Positions 57,960-64,000 of a DNA stretch of 64,000 nucleotides are shown here, piece after piece. Numbering within the stretch: position 1 is the stretch's first letter; each line of letters starts with the position of its first letter. The stretch is from Candidatus Omnitrophota bacterium (GTDB taxonomy: Bacteria; Omnitrophota; Gorgyraeia; 2-01-FULL-45-10): the NCBI GenBank assembly GCA_026387175.1, contig JAPLME010000006.1, forward strand, positions 172,078 to 236,077, read 5' to 3'. The notes below the pieces were generated by a model. The model did not search any database, was not told the DNA's origin, and worked only from the letters and a program-made list of their open reading frames with translations. Position numbers and translations under genes: made by a program.

Positions 57960-58796
57960 TCAAGTTATATCTCTTACCGTTCCGAGCTTCGATGTGACTA
58001 CGGCGCCGAAACCGGCTATCAGAAATACCGATTTTACTATGGCGCCGGCTATCGGTACGAATCCTATTAAAAATAAGACCACCATGCCGAGAATTGCGCT
58101 AAGAAAAGATATGGCCGGCTTATTTATCGTTAAAAATATCTTATTGCCGATAAATATCGCCGACGCAATGTACCCTATTAACAGGGCCAGCGCCACCAGA
58201 AGCACTTCAAGAGGTATTAATACTATGCCCACTATGCTTATAGCCAGCAGCACGGCTATGGGGACGATAAGCATCGTCCATAAGACGCCCCATAAGAACA
58301 TGCCCAGGAACGAACGCTCGATAGAAAGCACTATCGCGCTCATATGTTCGGGAACGAGCGCTATCACAAGGACCGAAAGCCCTAGAAATCCGAGGAGCGC
58401 CAGGAGACTTATGGTCGCCCAGAAGGCCATCCATCCTCCTTTAAAAAAATCGATGACGGACGGAATAAAATGCGGCATATAAACTTGAGTGATCTTGCCG
58501 AGAACCTGCGCGGCAGGGTCCTTCGATATCTCTCCGACCACCACAGCGCTGCCGCCGACATACGACCCGCTCTTCAGCGTCATAACGCCTCCGACAACGA
58601 CGATATTGCCCTCCACTCGCCCGAGCACAGTAAGATTGCCATCGATCACGATCACGTCCTTCACCGTCATATCCCTGGAGATCTCCAGATCTTTTCTGAG
58701 CTTAATAACATCGGGTTTTTCGTCAGCCGATGCTATCGATACGGCAAATAATAGAAGAAGACCTAAAGCGACAAAGACGGATAAACGTTTTATCAT
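57960..58796 (-). CDS. Membrane protein with an N-terminal bactofilin-like beta-helical repeat region and about five C-terminal TM helices
   Basis: Signal/anchor sequence, then repeats DVIVIDGNLTVLGRVEGNIVVVGGVMTLKSGSYVGGSAVVVGEI, then a hydrophobic C-terminal half. Confidence 0.5.
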   Translation of the reverse strand: MIKRLSVFVALGLLLLFAVSIASADEKPDVIKLRKDLEISRDMTVKDVIVIDGNLTVLGRVEGNIVVVGGVMTLKSGSYVGGSAVVVGEISKDPAAQVLGKITQVYMPHFIPSVIDFFKGGWMAFWATISLLALLGFLGLSVLVIALVPEHMSAIVLSIERSFLGMFLWGVLWTMLIVPIAVLLAISIVGIVLIPLEVLLVALALLIGYIASAIFIGNKIFLTINKPAISFLSAILGMVVLFLIGFVPIAGAIVKSVFLIAGFGAVVTSKLGTVRDIT

Positions 58797-58799
58797 AAT

Positions 58800-59966
58800 T
58801 TATCCTCCCCTCTTCTTAAGCGTCTTCATGAAACGTTCGATCCGCGAGAGCGCTTCTTTGAGCCTATCCATATTGGACGCGTAAGATATTCTCAGATATC
58901 CTTCGCCGAGAGATCCGAATGCCGTGCCCGGCACAACCGCCACTTTCTCTTTACTCAGAAGTCTTTTCGAAAACTCCAAGGATGAGAGACCTGTCTTTTT
59001 TATCGACGGGAAAGCATAGAACGCTCCTTCCGGACGGTGGCATGGCAATCCTATCTCGTTCAGGCGGGAGATGACGAACTCTCTCCTTCGCTTATATTCG
59101 CGCTTCATCTCCTGGACAGACCTCTCCCCGTATTTAAGGGCCTCCAGCGCCGCCATCTGTGAAATGATCGAGGCGCAGAGCATTGTGTACTGATGTATCT
59201 TAGTCATCGCCGCGATCAGGTTGGCGGGGCCGCAGGCATATCCGACCCTCCATCCTGTCATCGCGTATGATTTCGAGAATCCGTTCAGATATATGGTGCG
59301 CTCTCTCATCTTTGGAAGCGTCGCGAAAGGCGTGTGCTCGAAATCGTAAGTGAGGTCGCAATATATCTCATCGCTTATCATTATGAGATCGCGTTTCAAC
59401 ACCACCTCGGATATGGCTTTAAGTTCTTTCCTGGAATAAGAAGCGCCTGTGGGATTATTGGGATAGTTCAATATCATCGCTTTAGTCCTATTATCACAGA
59501 GTTTCGTTATGTCTTTAGGCGTGATCTTGAAATTTCCATCCGGGCTCGTATTTATCGAAATAGGCCTACCGCCGCAAAGCGTAGTGATCGGCGCATAGGA
59601 GACATACGCCGGCTCAGGTATCAGGATCTTGTCATCTCTGTCAATAATGGCTCTCAACGAAAGATCGAAAGCCTCGCTGACACCCACCGTTATGAGTATC
59701 TCCTCTTCGGGATCATAGTCAAGACCGTATCTGTGCTTTAAAAATTTCGACACCTCGCGGCGAAGGTCGATAAGGCCTTTGTTGGACGTGTAAGAGGTGT
59801 AGCCCTCCTCTATAGCGTAGATGGCTCTCTCCCTTACGTTCCAGGGAGTCACAAAATCGGGCTCTCCCACGCCGAGCGATATGACATCTTTCATCCCAAG
59901 GACGAGATCAAAGAATACCCGTATGCCCGAAGGCGGTATCTGGTCGACTATTTTCGCTGTTTTCAT
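58800..59966 (-). CDS. Class I/II PLP-dependent aminotransferase (aspartate/aromatic aminotransferase-like)
   Basis: 388 aa with a PLP lysine motif (NGFSKSYAMTGWRVGY). Confidence 0.85.
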   Translation of the reverse strand: MKTAKIVDQIPPSGIRVFFDLVLGMKDVISLGVGEPDFVTPWNVRERAIYAIEEGYTSYTSNKGLIDLRREVSKFLKHRYGLDYDPEEEILITVGVSEAFDLSLRAIIDRDDKILIPEPAYVSYAPITTLCGGRPISINTSPDGNFKITPKDITKLCDNRTKAMILNYPNNPTGASYSRKELKAISEVVLKRDLIMISDEIYCDLTYDFEHTPFATLPKMRERTIYLNGFSKSYAMTGWRVGYACGPANLIAAMTKIHQYTMLCASIISQMAALEALKYGERSVQEMKREYKRRREFVISRLNEIGLPCHRPEGAFYAFPSIKKTGLSSLEFSKRLLSKEKVAVVPGTAFGSLGEGYLRISYASNMDRLKEALSRIERFMKTLKKRGG

Positions 59967-59973
59967 TATTTTC

Positions 59974-60462
59974 TTACAAGCTTATCGCGGGACGCTTGGA
60001 CCTCTCCGGCTGTTTTAAGATATCTCCGTCTTCTTTATATTTCTTCAATATGAAATGGGTGACCGTCCCCCTCACGCCTTCCATCGGAGACAGCTTCTCG
60101 CTGACAAAGCCCGAGACCGTATGTATGTTCTTGCCTTCGACGACGACCAGCAGGTCATAGGTGCCGGACATCAAATAGCAGCTGGTGACCTCGGGAAACT
60201 GGTATATGCGTTCAGCCAGATGATCGAATCCGACATTCTTCTGCGGCGTGAGTTTTACTTCGATCAAAGCGCGCACATCGCTATTTTCCTCTTTTGATAA
60301 CTCCCTATTTATTATAGTTTTATATTTAAGTATGATCCCATCCTTCTCCATCTTCTTTATGGCCAGGGCCACGGCCTTAGGCGTCATCCCAAGCATCTTC
60401 GCTATATCCGCGGGAGTGGCGCGCGCGTCACGCTCCAGTATCTCAACTATCTCATTCATCAT
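59974..60462 (-). CDS. Lrp/AsnC-family transcriptional regulator
   Basis: N-terminal HTH and a C-terminal RAM domain. Confidence 0.85.
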   Translation of the reverse strand: MMNEIVEILERDARATPADIAKMLGMTPKAVALAIKKMEKDGIILKYKTIINRELSKEENSDVRALIEVKLTPQKNVGFDHLAERIYQFPEVTSCYLMSGTYDLLVVVEGKNIHTVSGFVSEKLSPMEGVRGTVTHFILKKYKEDGDILKQPERSKRPAISL

Positions 60463-60481
60463 TAAGTCCCTCCTGGAATGT

Positions 60482-60523
60482 AAAAGGGGCGAACCCTTAT
60501 GTTATTGAGGGCGCGCCCCTTTT
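60482..60523 (-). terminator. Putative terminator hairpin between the PG-binding lipoprotein gene and lrp (A-tract/stem/T-tract, bidirectional shape)
   Basis: AAAAGGGGCG...CGCCCCTTTT inverted repeat. Confidence 0.4.
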
Positions 60524-60550
60524 ATGAAAAATCTCGATTTAACTCTTCTA

Positions 60551-61075
60551 TTATTTTACTCCCTCGTCGCCGCTTACGGAATCCGGGGCTGCGGCCGGGG
60601 CTGTATTCGCGGAGGCATCCGAAAGATGCTTACTCAGCATATCCCATGTCTTTCGGCCTACCACACCGTCGGCTTTGAGCCCATTGGCCTTCTGGAACTC
60701 TTTTATGGCCTTTCTAGTGCTCTTGCCTTTCACTCCGTCGATTTTACCATTATAGTAACCGGCGTTCTTAAGGGCCTGCTGGATATCTCTCATCTTTTCG
60801 GAGCGCGAACCTTCTCTCGTCTTCACGCTGATATTGGTCTTAGCCTGTGCGCCGGTAGTTTTGAGTTCGTCAAGAGCCTGGGCCTGTTCGGCGGCCAGGC
60901 GTTCAACCTCAGCCTGTTTTGACTCAACACCCTCTACTCTCGACTCAAGAGTCTCAACTCTGGTCTTGATTCCCGTAACTTCCGTTTGTACTTTCTTCTG
61001 GGACGTTCCGCATCCGGAAATAATAAATGCGGCTAAAATAGCCACAGTTAAACAAACTAAACTCTTCCTGCCCAT
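60551..61075 (-). CDS. Lipoprotein with a C-terminal PG_binding_1 domain (paralog of the gene at 57439)
   Basis: Lipobox IISGC, a coiled-coil middle region, and a C-terminal IQQALKNAGYYNGKIDGVKGKSTRKAIKEFQKANGLKADGVVGRKT. Confidence 0.75.
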   Translation of the reverse strand: MGRKSLVCLTVAILAAFIISGCGTSQKKVQTEVTGIKTRVETLESRVEGVESKQAEVERLAAEQAQALDELKTTGAQAKTNISVKTREGSRSEKMRDIQQALKNAGYYNGKIDGVKGKSTRKAIKEFQKANGLKADGVVGRKTWDMLSKHLSDASANTAPAAAPDSVSGDEGVK

Positions 61076-61163
61076 TTCTCCTCCTCCTTAAAATTAGTTA
61101 TAAAGGATTATACGGCACTGCCGGGCAAATTGCAATGAAAATCTGCAAAAAATATCCTTCGGG

Positions 61164-61946
61164 CTACTTCGCCTTGAGGATCTTGGCGGCTTCTTTGACC
61201 GAGGAGCCTTCGTGGACGATCGAACGGATGGCTTTTATCATTCCGACCGCGTTATTCGACTGCCATATATTACGGCCCATATCCACGCCATGGGCGCCTG
61301 AGCGTATAGCCTCATAAGCAAGGTTAAGCACATCCATGCTGGTTTCGAGCTTCGGCCCGCCGGCGACGACTATAGGCACCGGGCAAGATCGCACCACCTT
61401 CTCAAAATCTTCGCAATAATATGTCTTCACGACCTGTGCGCCGAGCTCGGCGGCGATCCGACAACACAGGCTCAGGTAACGGGCGTCTCTCTTTTCGAGC
61501 TCTTTACCGACCGCCGTAACCGCCAGGACCGGCATGCCGTATCTCTGGCCCTCATTTACAAGCTGGCTCAGACACGTCAGAGTCTGGTTCTCGTGTTCCG
61601 TCCCTACATATATGGAGAAAGCCACCGCCGAGGCATTCAACCTGAGCGCGTCCTCCATTGACGTCTGTATAGACTCATTCGATAACGCGGGCCCGGCTAT
61701 TGAATTGCCTCCGGAGACCCTGAGAAGAAAAGGTATATCCAGGCCGGCGTCAATGCAGTTTCTGAGGACGCCCCGCGTCAACATCAGAGCGTCTGTGTAA
61801 GGAATAAGCGGCTTTATCGTCTTTGCCGGCTCCTCCAGCTTCGATACGGGCCCCAGAAAATATCCGTGGTCTATCGCAAGCCATACCGCGTTTCCAGTCT
61901 TCGGCTTTATCAGCCTCGAGAGCCTGTTCTTCATGCCCCAATCCAT
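61164..61946 (-). CDS. Class I fructose-bisphosphate aldolase, DhnA/FbaB type (DeoC/LacD TIM-barrel family)
   Basis: 260 aa with motifs LAIDHG, a Schiff-base Lys region (VVKTYY) and GVDMGRNIWQ. Confidence 0.75.
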   Translation of the reverse strand: MDWGMKNRLSRLIKPKTGNAVWLAIDHGYFLGPVSKLEEPAKTIKPLIPYTDALMLTRGVLRNCIDAGLDIPFLLRVSGGNSIAGPALSNESIQTSMEDALRLNASAVAFSIYVGTEHENQTLTCLSQLVNEGQRYGMPVLAVTAVGKELEKRDARYLSLCCRIAAELGAQVVKTYYCEDFEKVVRSCPVPIVVAGGPKLETSMDVLNLAYEAIRSGAHGVDMGRNIWQSNNAVGMIKAIRSIVHEGSSVKEAAKILKAK

Positions 61947-61980
61947 ATTCTACCTCCGAATTTTGCGATGTAAATAACCT

Positions 61981-63759
61981 CTACCTGCCTTTTAGCTTCG
62001 CCTTCAGGCTATGCAGCTCTTCTATCAGTTCCTTCGGTATACGGCCGTCAAACTTATTGAAAAAAGCTTCGGCGTCCTCTGACTCTTTTTGCCATTCATC
62101 GAATTTGACCGCGAAGAGGCGCTCGAGATTCTCCTTCGATATCGAGAGCCCTTTCAAATCAAGGTCATTGACATTCGGCAGATATCCAATCGGCGTTTCT
62201 CTGGCACCTATTTTATCATTAGTCCTTTCAATGATCCACTTCAGCACACGGATATTATCTCCGAAACCCGGCCATATGAATTTGCCCTGACCGTCGGTCC
62301 TGAACCAGTTAATAGAAAATATCTTTGGGGGACGGGTCATTCTCTTGCCAATGTCGAGCCAATGGCCGAAATAGTCACCCATATTGTAGCCGCAGAACGG
62401 GAGCATGGCCATCGGATCTCTCCTGAGAACTCCCTCCGCATGCGTGGCGGCCGCCGTCGTCTCGGAACCCATAAGAGCGCCGGAAAATACCCCATGCTGC
62501 CAATTCTTCGACTCTACAACCAGCGGCATCATATGGGTGCGCCGGCCCCCGAAAAGGATGGCCGAGATCGGCACTCCCCGCGGGTTCTCGAACTCCCTTG
62601 AAAGGCTCGGGCACTGTGAAACGGAAACGGTAAAACGTGAGTTCGGATGCGCGGCCTTTTGGCCCGAGGCCGGGTCATACTTATTACCCAGCCAGTCTAT
62701 AAGATTTACCGGAGGGGTGCCATCTATACCTTCCCACCATGGTTCGTTCGTATCGGCGTTCAAAGCGGTATTCGTGAAGAGCGTCGGGTAGAATGTCCCT
62801 TTTAAGAGGGTGCGCATCATGTTGGGATTGGTCTTCATCGATGTGCCAGGCGCCACGCCGAAAAACCCGGTCTCCGGGTTGATCGCCCAGAGCCTGCCGT
62901 CGGATCCGACGTTGAGCCACGCGATATCATCGCCGAGCGTCCAGATTTTATAGCCGGGCAACGCGGACTCCAGCATCGCCAGGTTCGTCTTGCCGCAGGC
63001 GCTCGGCAGCGCGGCTGTGATGTAAGTGATATTGCCGGCGGGATCCTGTATCCCCACGATGACCATATGCTCGGCCAGCCATCCTTCCTTCTTGCCGAGC
63101 CATGACGCTATTCGCAGGCTGAAACATTTCTTGCCGAGAAGCGCGTTGCCGCCGTATCCGGAGCCGATCGACCATACCAGGTGCTCGTCCGGAAAATGCA
63201 TGACAAACCGTTTGTTCGAATCGAAATCACCGACCGAGTGTATGCCTTTTACAAAATCGGCGCTGTTGCCGATCTTGGCGATAGAATACCTGGACATGCG
63301 CGTCATGATGCGCATGCTCACCGCGACATACGAAACATCCGTTAACTGAATACAGGCTTTGGCGTATGGCGACTGCGGATGGCCCATCATGTATGGAAGC
63401 ACGTACATAGTGCGGCCCTTCATGCATCCGTCGGAGAGCTTTGCCATCTTCTCCTTCGCCTCTTTCGGGTCCATCCAATTGTTATTCGGGCCGGCCGTTT
63501 GCTTGTCGGGATGGCATACGAAAGTGAGATGCTCGGTGCGAGCGACATCTGTAGGATGGCTGCGGTGATAATAACTATTGGGGAAAGTTTTGTGATTTAA
63601 CTCTTTGAAGACCGGGCTGCCTTCTATCTTCTCTTCCTTGATGCCGATCTCGATAAGGCGGTGCGCCTCTTCCTCGGAGCCGTCGCACCAGTATACTCTG
63701 TCGGGCTTTGTGAGCTTCGATACTTCATCTACCCATCTCTCCAGCGGCGTTGCCATCAC
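61981..63759 (-). CDS. pckG: Phosphoenolpyruvate carboxykinase (GTP)
   Basis: 592 aa with kinase-1a GSGYGGN and other PEPCK-GTP motifs (CGKTN, FGGRR). Confidence 0.9.
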   Translation of the reverse strand: MMATPLERWVDEVSKLTKPDRVYWCDGSEEEAHRLIEIGIKEEKIEGSPVFKELNHKTFPNSYYHRSHPTDVARTEHLTFVCHPDKQTAGPNNNWMDPKEAKEKMAKLSDGCMKGRTMYVLPYMMGHPQSPYAKACIQLTDVSYVAVSMRIMTRMSRYSIAKIGNSADFVKGIHSVGDFDSNKRFVMHFPDEHLVWSIGSGYGGNALLGKKCFSLRIASWLGKKEGWLAEHMVIVGIQDPAGNITYITAALPSACGKTNLAMLESALPGYKIWTLGDDIAWLNVGSDGRLWAINPETGFFGVAPGTSMKTNPNMMRTLLKGTFYPTLFTNTALNADTNEPWWEGIDGTPPVNLIDWLGNKYDPASGQKAAHPNSRFTVSVSQCPSLSREFENPRGVPISAILFGGRRTHMMPLVVESKNWQHGVFSGALMGSETTAAATHAEGVLRRDPMAMLPFCGYNMGDYFGHWLDIGKRMTRPPKIFSINWFRTDGQGKFIWPGFGDNIRVLKWIIERTNDKIGARETPIGYLPNVNDLDLKGLSISKENLERLFAVKFDEWQKESEDAEAFFNKFDGRIPKELIEELHSLKAKLKGR

Positions 63760-63775
63760 ATTCCCTTTAAAATAG

Positions 63776-64000
63776 CTATTTTTGCGGTTCGATAATTACT
63801 TTGATCGACTCTTTTGCCTCCGAGACAAGCCTGAACCCCAGGCCCGTCTCTCTCAGAGCGAGCCGGTGCGTTATCATATCATAAACACTTATTTTTTCAA
63901 GGCATATTTTATCCAGCGCGTCAAGGTGGTCCTGCGGGCTTCCCGCATAAGAGCTTGTCACGGTAACCTCGCTCCGCCAGAATATATCATTCGTTGAGAC
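63776..64000 (-). CDS. Zinc-type (MDR) alcohol/threonine dehydrogenase family, C-terminal fragment (the N-terminus lies beyond the window edge)
   Basis: The C-terminal ...DMITHRLALRE...ESIKVIIEPQK matches MDR C-termini. Confidence 0.6.
   Translation of the reverse strand, partial: VSTNDIFWRSEVTVTSSYAGSPQDHLDALDKICLEKISVYDMITHRLALRETGLGFRLVSEAKESIKVIIEPQK

Noticed and set aside
1-64000. A search for CRISPR arrays, tRNA/rRNA genes, integrases, transposases and phage genes.
   Set aside because: No short regularly spaced repeats and no cloverleaf-like conserved tRNA motifs were noticed. No recombinase or transposase signatures appear in any frame. No mobile element is supported.

Overview
The window looks like a 64 kb chromosomal segment from a Gram-negative (diderm) bacterium (LptD present), roughly 50% GC. 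All ~69 supported protein-coding genes lie on the minus strand. I see no rRNA, tRNA, CRISPR or mobile-element genes. The long plus-strand ORFs in the track are antisense shadows of well-supported minus-strand genes.

Gene content from high to low coordinate on the minus strand:
- Gluconeogenesis genes (GTP-dependent PEP carboxykinase, DhnA-type class I aldolase).
- Two paralogous lipoproteins with a peptidoglycan-binding domain, an Lrp regulator and an aminotransferase.
- A glycogen-type cluster of two GH57 enzymes with DUF4912 and DUF2934.
- A tightly packed ion-transport operon: MarC, a NicO/RcnA-like protein with Cys-substituted motifs, ExbB-ExbD, a soluble MgtE_N+CBS protein abutting an Nramp-related transporter with a non-canonical metal site, DUF502, a CNNM/CorB-like protein and an MFS transporter.
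- rluA-family, greA and a eukaryotic-type hexokinase.
- A signalling cluster of two soluble PAS histidine kinases and four single-domain receivers, wrapped around a UPF0016 transporter and a three-gene module. The module is an outer-membrane beta-barrel, a membrane-anchored HEAT-repeat protein and a processive GT2 synthase (QxxRW).
- feoAB; a NagZ-like GH3 enzyme and a dipeptide-epimerase-like enolase (murein recycling); miaB, a TPR-SPOR protein and miaA; hflX.
- A CIRCE-controlled hrcA-grpE-dnaK-dnaJ operon.
- An FmdB zinc ribbon, DUF1015, asnB, a standalone corrinoid (B12-binding) protein and accD.
- An orphan MalK-like ABC ATPase, two GGDEF cyclases, lptD, ugd, rmlCABD and a nucleotide-sugar dehydrogenase.

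The candidates I would look at first:
- The split MgtE-sensor/Nramp-related transporter pair inside the ion-homeostasis operon.
- The minimal synthase-dependent exopolysaccharide-like module, embedded in a hexokinase/PAS-kinase/CheY-like phosphorelay.
- A 162-bp intergenic element closed by a perfect 17-bp inverted repeat.
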